The notes: generated from the sequence alone by a model not told the origin. Shown: positions 19,905 to 29,366, counted from the stretch's first letter. The stretch: 64,000 bases of DNA from an uncultured Anaerolineaceae bacterium (GCA_964524425.1 CAZGDA010000001.1:834-64833), one strand, 5' to 3'. Translations and numbers: made by a program.

Positions 19905-21632
19905 TTACGCTTTCAGTTCATCAACCTGGAGTTTTAGCGCTTCAAGGTCGTTGCGAATGGAATCCAAATCGGCTTTGACTGTGTTTAGTTTTTCGCCTTC
20001 GGCGCGCACAAAACGTGTGTAAGGTGAAACCGCGTCGCGGACGCGCTGCAAGCTGCGTTCTAATTCGCGCTCGAAATGGGCTTGCAAAGACTGCGCCAGG
20101 CGCTCGCGCATCTGGCTCATTTTCTCGCGTAGGTCTTGTTTGGCTTGACGACGGCGGGCGGGGATGATGAACAAACCCAAAGCCGCGATGAGTGACGCCA
20201 GAAGGATTCCGGTAAAATCCGCTGCGGCGGTGGTGGCAGCCGCAGCAATGGCTGCGCCTAACCCCACCGCGCTAATTTCCACTGCGGCGACGGCGGCGAC
20301 GGCTGCCTGTGTGCCTTCAGCAAGCTGGCGCGCCTCCTCATCGCGATCGTAGGTTTCCACCACGCGTTGAGCTTCGCGTCCCACTCCCTCCATGATCCTT
20401 TCCCGATCGTAACTAAACGACCCGATATCTCCTACAATGTGCTCTTTGTGCTGGCGGCGGCGTTCTGCCAGGTGCTCTGTTACTGCCTGCCATTGATTAA
20501 AATTGGCTTCCACCAGCCAATCAATCAGGTCGTTCACCTTGCGGTCAATCTGCTCTGAGACGTTGCCCATCACTTTTTCTTCAAAACCGCGTTTGACGCT
20601 TTCCTTATCCAGCAAATCAAAAATGCGCGCCAGGCGAATCGTTTCGTCGAAATAATCCTGCCCCTGCTGCTCTACCTGATAGAGGATGTTCTCGACGTCG
20701 GCGATGCGCAGCCTGAAATCGCGTTGCATGTCTTCTTTATAAACCGTCATGTGGTTGTCCACATCTTCCAACATGCTAAAATCGTCTTTTAGAACGTCCA
20801 GGCGCTGCTGGGCTAAGGTGAGGTAGCGTTGCAGGAGGTTCATACCAACGCCAATTGGGTTGAGGAATTTCAGGTAGAGGCGGTTGCGTTCGTCCAGGTT
20901 GTCGCGGATGTACGTTTCCAAAGCCTCGAAACGGCTCGTTTGCCAAAGCTCTGGTTGTCCCGTTTTCGCTTGCAAGGCTGCCCTGGCGCTGACGGGAAAG
21001 ACTTCCGGGGTGATCCCCAGCAGGGCGCGTGCGTTGTCTGCCACAAAGGTCTCAATTTCCGCCAGGTCTGCCTGGGCGTGTAAAATGTCAATCTTGTTGA
21101 CCACGATGACGATTTTCTTACCCCAGTCGCGTATCTGTTCTAAAAAGGCGCGCTCGCTTTCAGTGAATGGGCGATCGGCGGAGGTGATGAACAGCCCCAG
21201 GTCTGCGCGCGGCACAAAGCGGGCGGTGATGAGTTCGTGCTTGCGGATGATGGCGTTCGTGCCGGGGGTATCTGCGATGCTCACGTCTTTCAGAAAATCT
21301 AGAGCGGCACCGAGTACGTGCAGGTTTTCGTTCATCACAATCCGCTCGGTTTTTTCGGCGTAGCGCAGCATGTTTACCTGCATGGTGGTCGGGGTAACGC
21401 CTTCTTTAAGCAATTCCTGCCCCAGCAAAGCGTTGATAAAAGCCGACTTGCCGGCGTTGAATTCACCCACCACAACCAGCAAAAAGAACTCGTCCAACTG
21501 TTCCAGTGAATCCTTCAGCGTGGTTTGGTCTTCGGGGCTGGCGTCAAACCTCACCAGAGCCAGTTGCAGCTCGTTTAACACGCTCCGTTCTGCTTTCAGC
21601 AATTCCTCGTGCTGGTTCGTCAAGATGCGCAT
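19905..21632 (-). CDS. Bacterial dynamin-like GTPase
   Basis: GEFNAGKSAFINALLG (P-loop), DTPGTNA and NKID; hydrophobic Ala-rich paddle (AVAAVAAVEISAVGLGAAIAAAA...LFIIP); C-terminal coiled coil. Confidence 0.8.
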   Translation of the reverse strand: MRILTNQHEELLKAERSVLNELQLALVRFDASPEDQTTLKDSLEQLDEFFLLVVVGEFNAGKSAFINALLGQELLKEGVTPTTMQVNMLRYAEKTERIVMNENLHVLGAALDFLKDVSIADTPGTNAIIRKHELITARFVPRADLGLFITSADRPFTESERAFLEQIRDWGKKIVIVVNKIDILHAQADLAEIETFVADNARALLGITPEVFPVSARAALQAKTGQPELWQTSRFEALETYIRDNLDERNRLYLKFLNPIGVGMNLLQRYLTLAQQRLDVLKDDFSMLEDVDNHMTVYKEDMQRDFRLRIADVENILYQVEQQGQDYFDETIRLARIFDLLDKESVKRGFEEKVMGNVSEQIDRKVNDLIDWLVEANFNQWQAVTEHLAERRRQHKEHIVGDIGSFSYDRERIMEGVGREAQRVVETYDRDEEARQLAEGTQAAVAAVAAVEISAVGLGAAIAAAATTAAADFTGILLASLIAALGLFIIPARRRQAKQDLREKMSQMRERLAQSLQAHFERELERSLQRVRDAVSPYTRFVRAEGEKLNTVKADLDSIRNDLEALKLQVDELKA

Positions 21633-21696
21633 GTATACCCTCCTGCCAAATACCTGTTTTGATTATAGCATAAGATAAATATTTACACAGAACTAT

Positions 21697-21743
21697 CCAA
21701 AATAAAAACAGGGATAGACAGCCTGGTTGCTATCCATCCCTGT
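21697..21743 (-). terminator. Intrinsic terminator after the LysM gene
   Basis: On the minus strand: ACAGGGAT / ATCCCTGT 8-bp stem followed by TTTTATTTT. Confidence 0.5.
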
Positions 21744-21761
21744 CTTTTGTACTTGCCGGTA

Positions 21762-21956
21762 TTACCAGAGTTCAATCGAAATGCCGGCGCGTATAAGGTT
21801 GGGATTGGGTCCGATGATGCGGGCGTTGTTGTGGTAGTTATAAATCGCTGTCCACAAATTCCCGTTGCCGTAGAAACGCTGGGCAATTTTATACAAACTG
21901 TCCCCAGATTGCACGGTGTACCACCAGCCGGAATGAAGATGAGTTTTTAACTTCAT
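21762..21956 (-). CDS. Stand-alone LysM-domain mini-protein (64 aa, no signal peptide)
   Basis: YTVQSGDSLYKIAQRFYGNGNLW...IRAGISIELW is a complete LysM fold pattern. Confidence 0.75.
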   Translation of the reverse strand: MKLKTHLHSGWWYTVQSGDSLYKIAQRFYGNGNLWTAIYNYHNNARIIGPNPNLIRAGISIELW

Positions 21957-22005
21957 GGTCGTTCTCCCAAAATAAAAAGAAAAGAGGGTTTATCGTTCTT
22001 TATTT

Positions 22006-22014
22006 ATTGTAACA
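22006..22014 (-). promoter_or_regulatory. Extended -10 element for the LysM gene
   Basis: Minus-strand TGtTACAAT about 50 nt upstream of ATG 21956, with a GGGAG SD in between. Confidence 0.35.
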
Positions 22015-22072
22015 CGTCTTGTCAAATATCTATACCGTAAAAGTACGGTATTTTGAGGGCGCCGGAAGTGGT

Positions 22073-22963
22073 TCAGCTTTCTTTGGTATGGATGACATAA
22101 GGATCCATGGCGTCTCGTAAGCCGTCGCCGACGTAATTAATGCACATTACCGAAATGAAAATCATAATTCCTGGGAAGATCGCCAGCCAAGGAGCACGAA
22201 AGACGTGAGACTGGGCGCTGGCTAGAATGTTGCCCCAGCTTGGAGTGGGTGGTTGAATTCCAAAGCCGAGATAACTAAGCCCAGATTCAACAATAATGGC
22301 GGTCGCCATTTCCAGTGTGCCATTTACCAAAATTGGACCCACGCAGTTGGGCAGGATGTGCAAGAAAATGAGACGTCCATCCCCGGCGCCCAGAGCGCGA
22401 GATGCGGTAACGAAATCGCGCTCGCGCAGGGTGAGCATCAAACTGCGCACCAGGCGCGCCGACCACATCCACGACAGCACGGAGATAATGATGATGACCA
22501 CGACGACGCTATTCCGCAATATCAAGAATGGGAGGTCGCGCAGCAGTGAACTGATCAAAATCAAAACCAGGACAACCGGAAAGCTGAGGAAGGCGTCGGT
22601 GATGCGCATGAGGATGTTGTCTATCCAGCCTCCATAATACCCCGCCAGCGAGCCGACGAGGATACCGATAACCAGGGTGAAGAAAGTAGCCAGTGAGCCG
22701 ACTGCCAGCGAAATCCGTCCACCGTATAGGATGCGCGTGTACACGTCCCTGCCCAATTCGTCGGTGCCAAACCAGTGCTGGCTGGAAGGAGGTTGGTAGG
22801 CTTTCTGCGGTGCTTGTTGCGTGGGAGTGTAACGGCTTAAGAAAGCGAACGAGGCGCTCAACAGAAGCAGCACAAAGACTGCCAGCGCCACAGGTGCAAG
22901 CCGATGGCGGAAGAACCGCCGGATAATAAGCTGGATGGGGGATTCGTATTTTACTTCACTCAT
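22073..22963 (-). CDS. ABC peptide/nickel-type transporter permease (DppC/OppC-like)
   Basis: 296 aa, 6 TM; EAA-loop region RERDFVTASRALGAGDGR; overlaps the upstream permease by 8 nt. Confidence 0.85.
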   Translation of the reverse strand: MSEVKYESPIQLIIRRFFRHRLAPVALAVFVLLLLSASFAFLSRYTPTQQAPQKAYQPPSSQHWFGTDELGRDVYTRILYGGRISLAVGSLATFFTLVIGILVGSLAGYYGGWIDNILMRITDAFLSFPVVLVLILISSLLRDLPFLILRNSVVVVIIIISVLSWMWSARLVRSLMLTLRERDFVTASRALGAGDGRLIFLHILPNCVGPILVNGTLEMATAIIVESGLSYLGFGIQPPTPSWGNILASAQSHVFRAPWLAIFPGIMIFISVMCINYVGDGLRDAMDPYVIHTKES

Positions 22964-23930
22964 AATGCACTCTCGGATCGAGGAAGCCGTAAAGTAAATC
23001 TGCCAGCAGGTTGCAGGCGAGAATTAATACGGCTTCAATCATAATGACACCCATCAACACCGGATAATCCCTGCCTTTGGCTGCATCCCAGAACAGGCGT
23101 CCCATACCGGGCCAGGAAAATATCGTCTCTACAAACAGCGCCCCGCCAAACAAAGCCGGTAAATCGAGGGCGATGAGGGTTACGACGGGCAACAAGGCGT
23201 TGCGCAAGGCGTGTTTATACACCACCATGTTTTCTTTTAGCCCCTTGGCGCGGGCGGTGCGGACGAAATCTTCGTGCAACACTTCGCGCATGCTGGCGCG
23301 CAGGTAGCGCGAATACCAGCCTGCCCAGGTAAAGCTCAACGCCGCCACCGGCAGGATCATGTGCCAAATCAGATCGGGCAGGTCTTTACTGCCCGTGGTG
23401 TGCATCCCGCCGGATGGGAAGAACGCCGAACCGGTAACTGGATTTTTGATCAGCATGTAAAAAAGGATAATCAGCACTAACCCAAGCCAATACACCGGCA
23501 CAGATTGCCCCATGAAGGCAAGGGTGGTGCTGACGTAATCAAACAGGGATTGGGGCTTTGTTGCTGCGATGATGCCGATGGGAAATGCAATCAGCAGGGT
23601 AACCAAGAACGAAGCGCCGACCAGCACGAGTGTGTTGGGAAATCGTTCGGCGATCATATCTGTAACCGGGCGACGGAATTTAATTGAGGTGCCCAAATCG
23701 CCTTCGGTAATGATCTGTTGCATCCAGCGCACGTATTGCACTGGCAGGGGCTGGTCCAGCCCCAGTTTCTGGCGTAATTTTTGTAATTGCTCTTTGCTGA
23801 TGCTGGGGTTGCGCTCCGCAGATGCCAACGGTCCCCCGGGGGTGAGGCGCACAATGGCAAACAGTAAAACGCTTAAGATAATGAGAATGGGAATTGCTTG
23901 AAAAGTCCTCCGAATGGCGTAAATGTGCAT
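22956..23930 (-). CDS. ABC peptide/nickel-type transporter permease (DppB/OppB-like)
   Basis: 324 aa; MHIYAIRRTFQAIPILI start; EDFVRTARAKGLKE EAA loop. Confidence 0.85.
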   Translation of the reverse strand: MHIYAIRRTFQAIPILIILSVLLFAIVRLTPGGPLASAERNPSISKEQLQKLRQKLGLDQPLPVQYVRWMQQIITEGDLGTSIKFRRPVTDMIAERFPNTLVLVGASFLVTLLIAFPIGIIAATKPQSLFDYVSTTLAFMGQSVPVYWLGLVLIILFYMLIKNPVTGSAFFPSGGMHTTGSKDLPDLIWHMILPVAALSFTWAGWYSRYLRASMREVLHEDFVRTARAKGLKENMVVYKHALRNALLPVVTLIALDLPALFGGALFVETIFSWPGMGRLFWDAAKGRDYPVLMGVIMIEAVLILACNLLADLLYGFLDPRVHYE

Positions 23931-23933
23931 ATC

Positions 23934-25556
23934 TCACCCCTCGAATACAATTTGACCATCACACATCGTCAGCACCGGGCGCACTTTTTCGATCTCTTGC
24001 GGCGCGAGCGTTTCTAAATTGGCGTCCAACAATACGAGGTCGGCAAGCATACCCTTGCGTAACATTCCTTTTTCGTTTTCCATAAATTCAGCGTAGGCGG
24101 CGAGGTTTGTGTACGAATGCAACGCATCTGTGAGAGTCTGACGGTGGTGCGGTAGTCCTTCTTCCCACGGCTGGCGGCAGAGAGCCGCGTATAGACCGCG
24201 CATTGGGTTGAGGGTTACGACGGGCCAATCGCTGCCAAAAACCAGGACTGCGCCGGAACGGCGAACGTCGCTCCAGGCAAAGGAGTGCTGCCAGCGCTGC
24301 CTGCCAGCGCGCATTCGCCACGGGTCAGGGTCGCTGACGGAAAGAGGGCAATGCGCTGGTTGCATGGAGGCGATTACGCCCAGTTGCTGGAAACGCGGCA
24401 GGTCGGCGGGATGCAGCAATTCGATGTGTTCGACGCGGTGGCGGCGTTGGCGCGGCGGATTGGTATTGCTGATGGCTTCATACGTATCCAGCACGCGGCG
24501 CACGCCTCCATCTCCGACGGAGTGAGTAAAGATCTGCAACCCCAGGCGGTCGCAGGCGCTGGTCAGGCGTAAATAATCTTCGGCGCTGAATTGCGCTTCA
24601 CCGCAGTAGCCTGGCTGGTCAGCGTATTCATCCACCAGCAAACCGGTGTACGATTCAATTACCCCATCTATGAAAAATTTGACGCAACCGGCGCGAACCA
24701 CGTTGCCAGAAGCCTCGTTCTGCATGGCTTGTGCCTCAGCCAGGGCTTCCAGTGGCATTTCGGGGGTTACGGTAAACGGCAGGTAGATGCGCAAGGTCAT
24801 CTCTGCGCGTTCTAGCAAGGTGGTGTAGAGCTGGAGTTGTTCCAGATCGCCGTCCATGTTATGTACGCTGGTGATGCCCGCCTGGGCAGCCAGCGCCAGC
24901 CCTTGTTTGAGGAGAGCCTGTTTTTGGACTGCGTCCGGTTCTGGGATTAGGTCTGAGATAGGAGCCAGGGCGGCAGGTTCGCGCAACTCGCCGCTGGCTT
25001 TACCGTCTTGTCCCATGACGATCTCGTTGCCCGGGGGAAGTTCCCGCCCGTGCAAAATGCCGGCTCTTTCCAGCGCGACGGTGTTTGCCCAAGCGGTATG
25101 CCCATCGTAAGCGACTACGACGAGCGGGCGTTGCGCTTCAGCCATGTCCAGGTGGTGGCGGTTGAGAGTCTCTCCCTGCGGCAGGCGGATGGAATAAAGC
25201 AAACCGTGCCCTTCCAGCCACTCCTTGGTTGGATGTGCCGCAGCAAACGTGCGCACAGCCTGGATAAATTCTTCCAGCGTTTTCACCTGGTCGAGTTGGA
25301 TAGCAGCCAGCTGCAGAGAACCGAGCAGTAAGTGGAAGTGGCTATCAATGAACCCGGGCATGAGCGTGCAGCCTTGCGCGTCAATGACATGCGTGTCCGC
25401 GGGACAAAAGCTGTGTGCCTGCTCTGCGCTGCCGACGAAGGCGATGCGATCTCCCTGAATAAGCACCGCCTCAGCGTGCGGCTTGTGCGGGTCTGCCGTG
25501 AAGCCGCGCGCGTGAGTGATAAGTACATTATTTGGTGTCATGCGTGTCTTTTTCAT
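23934..25556 (-). CDS. Amidohydrolase-3 family metal-dependent hydrolase (paralog of 12729-14348)
   Basis: 540 aa; MPGFIDSHFHLL, HSVGD, GSDWPV; 3 nt upstream of the permease gene. Confidence 0.8.
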   Translation of the reverse strand: MKKTRMTPNNVLITHARGFTADPHKPHAEAVLIQGDRIAFVGSAEQAHSFCPADTHVIDAQGCTLMPGFIDSHFHLLLGSLQLAAIQLDQVKTLEEFIQAVRTFAAAHPTKEWLEGHGLLYSIRLPQGETLNRHHLDMAEAQRPLVVVAYDGHTAWANTVALERAGILHGRELPPGNEIVMGQDGKASGELREPAALAPISDLIPEPDAVQKQALLKQGLALAAQAGITSVHNMDGDLEQLQLYTTLLERAEMTLRIYLPFTVTPEMPLEALAEAQAMQNEASGNVVRAGCVKFFIDGVIESYTGLLVDEYADQPGYCGEAQFSAEDYLRLTSACDRLGLQIFTHSVGDGGVRRVLDTYEAISNTNPPRQRRHRVEHIELLHPADLPRFQQLGVIASMQPAHCPLSVSDPDPWRMRAGRQRWQHSFAWSDVRRSGAVLVFGSDWPVVTLNPMRGLYAALCRQPWEEGLPHHRQTLTDALHSYTNLAAYAEFMENEKGMLRKGMLADLVLLDANLETLAPQEIEKVRPVLTMCDGQIVFEG

Positions 25557-25592
25557 GGCATTATTCTATCATATCTGTTCTATTGCGACAAT

Positions 25593-25600
25593 ATTATACA
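25593..25600 (-). promoter_or_regulatory. Extended -10 element for the amidohydrolase-permease operon
   Basis: Minus-strand TGTATAAT about 37 nt upstream of ATG 25556. Confidence 0.35.
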
Positions 25601-25728
25601 GAGATGTTTCCAGGTTATTTTAAGATTATTTCCAGTTCTGCTGATAAAAACAACCTCTCTTACACGCTGCGAGATGGCGCAAAACCAGGTTGGCATTTAC
25701 GCTTTTTGGCTATGGAAGATCAATGGGT

Positions 25729-25768
25729 AAGGGAAAATAAAAGAGGAACGTGTCTGAGACGTTCCTCT
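25729..25768 (-). terminator. Intrinsic terminator after tRNA-Ser(GGA)
   Basis: AGAGGAACG / CGTTCCTCT 9-bp stem (25742-25750 / 25760-25768), followed on the minus strand by CTTTTATTTT. Confidence 0.55.
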
Positions 25769-25776
25769 GGAAAATG

Positions 25777-25870
<94 letters not shown>

Positions 25871-26037
25871 AATTCGTCCTGAAAGATTCTCTTTCAGGCG
25901 TGCCAGTTGGCAAGCATGGATTATACCACATCCTGTGCATAAGGCAAGAAAATGAGGGTAACATTTTAGGTTGGCGTTTGACAGTTTGGCGATTTCAGGG
26001 TATGGTTAATGGCATGGAAATTGCAACTATCCAGGCG

Positions 26038-27228
26038 ATGATGAAACGGTTGTTGTCTTCCTTTCTGTGTGTATTGTTCTTGTTTACCAGCCCGCTGTGG
26101 GCGCGTGCGGCGGCTTTGCCAGAGCAGGCTTTCGTCTCTGGTGTGACAGGGCACGCCCAGTCTTACGGGCTTTCGTGTGAGTCGCGCTCGGCGGCGGACG
26201 TGGCTGCGTTTTGGGGTGCTTCGGTCAGTGAAACAGAGATACTCAACGCCCTGCCGCGTTCGGACGACCCGGAAATCGGTTTTGTGGGGGACGTCAACGG
26301 CGCGTGGGGGTACGTACCTCCGCAGGCATACGGTGTTCACGCTCAGCCGATCGCCAAAGTCTTGCAGCAATACGGGCTGGACGCCGAGGCGCGCCAGAAT
26401 ATGACCTGGGAAGAAGCGCAGGCAGAGATTGCACCCTGAAGACCTCTGAACGGCTGGCTCATCGGGGCAGTGTGGAGCGGAACGCCGCAAGTGTATACAA
26501 CTCTGGCGGGAAAGCAAGTAACCGTGGCTGCCTTTGAACACACGATGACTCTGATCGGTTACGAAGCACAGAACGTTACCTTGATAAACGCCGGCGACGG
26601 GAAAACCGGCGTTTATCCGTTGAGTAATTTTTTAAATTCCTGGAGCGTGTTGAATAACATGGCTGTGGTGGTGCGCGGCAAACAGCAACAGACGCCCGGC
26701 GGATTCACCACCCTCACGGCGACGGTCGTGTTGCCCAAGGAAACCCCCCCCGTACCCCAGGCGAGCGCAACATCGCCTGTACCTGACCCCACGCAAATGA
26801 CGCCTGTTGCGCCAACCATTGCGTATACTGTCTTGCCAGGCGACACGCTTGCGGACATCGCCCAGCGCTTTGGGACGACCGCCGAAATCATTGCAGAATT
26901 AAATCAGCTTGCTTTCCCATACGTGATTTTTTCGGGGCAGGTTTTACAGATTCCACAAGGCGGCAGCTCGTTTGCTACGCCAACTGTAGTTTCGCCGGAA
27001 ACCCCTGCTGCGGTTGAGTCTCCGCCGTTTGAAAACACACCAGCTACCGCTCTCCCTGGGGAGACTTTAGCTGCGCCGCGTGAGATGCAAATCTACGTCG
27101 TTCAAGCCGGCGACACGTTGGCGACGGTGGCGCGGCGCTGGAAGATGACCTGGATTGAGCTGGCGCGATGGAACAACCTAGCGTACCCCTATCAATTGAC
27201 GGAAGGGCAGATCCTGAAAGTGCCTTGA
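26038..27228 (+). pseudogene. Secreted C39-like cysteine peptidase with two C-terminal LysM domains, interrupted by an in-frame TGA (26437-26439)
   Basis: ORF-track pieces 25750-26439 and 26470-27228 share one frame. Signal peptide MMKRLLSSFLCVLFLFTSPLWARA. The Cys motif GLSCESRSAA lies before the stop and the His motif AFEHTMTLIGY after it. Two LysM repeats (YTVLPGDTLADIAQRFG, YVVQAGDTLATVARRW). Confidence 0.6.
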
Positions 27229-27265
27229 AAGGGCGGTTTAGGGTGTGCGTTTGAGCGGGAATAAA

Positions 27266-27320
27266 CAACAGGGTTTTGAACATGCCTGCGCCGTCAAAAC
27301 CCTGTTGTGGTTTGTTTTCT
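27266..27320. terminator. Bidirectional intrinsic terminator (copy 1 of a repeated terminator)
   Basis: CAACAGGGTTTTGA (27266-27279) / TCAAAACCCTGTTG (27294-27307), perfect 14-bp stem, T-rich on both sides. Confidence 0.65.
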
Positions 27321-27326
27321 GTCCGT

Positions 27327-28199
27327 CTACGAAGTGGTTGTTGGCGTTGGTTTGCCGGGTTGACCAGGTCCACCAGGACCAGGTCTGCCATTGCCGGCGT
27401 TCTTTAATTGTTCGAGAATAGCTGCGCCTTGTTCTTTCGTAAGTGTGCCCTTGCTGATGGCTGTGTTGACGACTTTTGTCAACACTTCGGTGAGTTTCGC
27501 CTGGAAGGTTTCCATGCTCATGCCTTTTTCAGTGGCAATGTCCATGAAATTCTTGCCGTTTTTCAGGCTGGCTTTTAAGTCGGTCGTGGTCATGCCGAAT
27601 ACACTTGCCAGGGCGGTAACGACGTCATCGTAGATTGCGCTGCTGGAATTCATCCAGTCAAACCCGCCACCGCGGTTAGAAGTGTTCTTACGCATCCACT
27701 CCGCCTGCTCTTGCGTGATGGTTCCGGCTGCCAGAGCCAGTTCAATGGCTTTCGTGCGCACCTCTTCCATTTTCTTATTGAAATCTTCCGCTTTCCAGCC
27801 AGCTTTGATGGCGATGTCGTATATCCGTTCGCCTGCCTTCAAACGCGCCTCTAAGTCAGTCAGTTTCATTCCTAACGCCTCTGCCCAGGCTTTGTTCATG
27901 TACGTGTTGAGTTTATCGTCACCGGGAGGCATCATGTCGCTACTGCCAGGAGCACCAGGAGTACCGTTAGCCCGAGGAGTGCCAGAAAATCCAGGACCAG
28001 CAGGTCCACCAGGGGCACCGGAGCCACCGGGTCCGCCAGGTCCGCCGGGTCCGCCGGGACCCCCAGGTGCGCCAGGGGTTCCAGATATCCCAGGCGCGGT
28101 TTCGTCCATGCCATCCGCATATACGGCATTGATGGCAAACAGGCTGGCAATTAAAATGCTCACGCAACCGATTGCTACAATTAAAAAGGTTTTTTTCAT
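27327..28199 (-). CDS. Secreted/anchored helical-repeat protein, paralog 1 (Gly/Pro spacer plus two ~65-aa modules)
   Basis: [28 protein letters not shown] signal; ten G-X-Y triplets (GIS GTP GAP GGPx4 GGS GAP GGP); modules ending ...[11 protein letters not shown] and ...[11 protein letters not shown]. Confidence 0.8.
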   Translation of the reverse strand: MKKTFLIVAIGCVSILIASLFAINAVYADGMDETAPGISGTPGAPGGPGGPGGPGGPGGSGAPGGPAGPGFSGTPRANGTPGAPGSSDMMPPGDDKLNTYMNKAWAEALGMKLTDLEARLKAGERIYDIAIKAGWKAEDFNKKMEEVRTKAIELALAAGTITQEQAEWMRKNTSNRGGGFDWMNSSSAIYDDVVTALASVFGMTTTDLKASLKNGKNFMDIATEKGMSMETFQAKLTEVLTKVVNTAISKGTLTKEQGAAILEQLKNAGNGRPGPGGPGQPGKPTPTTTS

Positions 28200-28396
28200 T
28201 TTCGTAACTCCTTATTTTTTCCTTCTTTTTTGTGGTATTCCCAGACGTGAGAAGGATATTGTCTGGATTTTCTAATCTTAGCCGGAGTTTATATAGAAAT
28301 GATGTAGTTTTGGTTTATTGATGGGGTAATATTGAGCAATAATCATAAACAGGTAAAAAGGAAAAAGGGGCGCCATGTCCGTCTGTTTTAGAAAAC

Positions 28397-28429
28397 AAAC
28401 AGGGTTTAGAGTTTATCAAAACCCTGTTT
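28397..28429 (-). terminator. Intrinsic terminator (copy 2)
   Basis: AAACAGGGTTT / AAACCCTGTTT stem, same core sequence as copies 1 and 3. Confidence 0.55.
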
Positions 28430-28452
28430 GGGATTATTTTGTTAGTTGAAGG

Positions 28453-29133
28453 TTATTTGGGATTGGCTGGTGCATCCTGCGCGGGCGGAGGGGGATTGCC
28501 GTGCCCGAAGCCGGGGAAGCCCATGCCGCGCTCTTGGATGCGTTTGAGCATGCTTTCGCCCTGCTCTTTGCTAATGCTCCCCTTGGATACCGCCTGGTTG
28601 ACTGCTTTGGTCATGGCTTCAGACATCTTTTCACGATAACCTGCAATGGTCATGCCTTTATCAGCGGCGATATCTTCCACGCTTTTGCCTGCTTTCATGG
28701 CTGTTTCCAGATCGTTCTGGCTGATGCCAAAGACGCTTGCCAGGGCGGAAACCATTTCGTCGTGCACGGCGGTTTCTTCCTTGCCAGGACCGGCAGGTTT
28801 TTCACCTTCCGCAGGACGTTCGGCGTCTCGGGTGCGAATCTGCTGCGCCTGTTCCTGGGTGATGGCGCCGTCCGCCACAGCCAGCTCTATGGCTTTGTTG
28901 CGGGCTTCGTCCATCTTCTTGGTGTAGTCTTCCTCTTTCAAGCCCAACACGTCTGCCCAGGCTTTGCTCATGTATTTTCCGATTGCTCCGCCGCCGTCTC
29001 TGCCGCCGGGACCACCCGGACCGGCGGGAGGGGTATCGCTTATGCTGCTGGCGAATACTGTGTTCAAGGCGAACAGACTAGCGGTTAGCATCACGATACT
29101 GCCGATTGCTATATTTAAAATTATCTTTTTCAT
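28453..29133 (-). CDS. Secreted/anchored helical-repeat protein, paralog 2
   Basis: ATG 29133 (MKKIILNIAIGS...) preceded by an AAGGAG SD; same two-module architecture (..GAITQEQAQQI, ..GSISKEQGESML). Confidence 0.8.
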   Translation of the reverse strand: MKKIILNIAIGSIVMLTASLFALNTVFASSISDTPPAGPGGPGGRDGGGAIGKYMSKAWADVLGLKEEDYTKKMDEARNKAIELAVADGAITQEQAQQIRTRDAERPAEGEKPAGPGKEETAVHDEMVSALASVFGISQNDLETAMKAGKSVEDIAADKGMTIAGYREKMSEAMTKAVNQAVSKGSISKEQGESMLKRIQERGMGFPGFGHGNPPPPAQDAPANPK

Positions 29134-29313
29134 AATGGTACTCCTTTTATCTCCTTCTCGTTTTTCTTTTCCCAGACGAGAGAAGGATTTCATCTGGGTA
29201 TATTCTGAATCATAGTGTATGCCTATATAGAATTGATATAGATTTGGTTAAATCGCAATGAAATCTTGGACAAGAAATATGAAGAGTAAGAAAAGAGTGG
29301 GTGGGAAATAAAA

Positions 29314-29348
29314 AAACAGGGTTTTGAAGCCGCTTCAAAACCCTGTTT
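29314..29348 (-). terminator. Intrinsic terminator (copy 3)
   Basis: AAACAGGGTTTTGAAG / CTTCAAAACCCTGTTT stem, followed on the minus strand by TTTTTATTT. Confidence 0.6.
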
Positions 29349-29366
29349 CCATAATTTTGATATATC

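Noticed and set aside
26437-26480. Selenocysteine or reassigned-TGA reading of the in-frame stop in the C39-like gene
   Set aside because: No convincing SECIS-like hairpin follows the TGA, and TGA terminates other well-supported genes in this window. The family position is expected to be Gly, not Cys/Sec.
27950-28090. Repetitive GGTCC/GCCGG DNA in paralog 1, and the ACNCC repeats at 46020-46300, considered as non-coding tandem repeats
   Set aside because: Both lie in frame within supported ORFs. They encode Gly/Pro (G-X-Y) and Pro/Thr linkers respectively, that is, coding low-complexity sequence.
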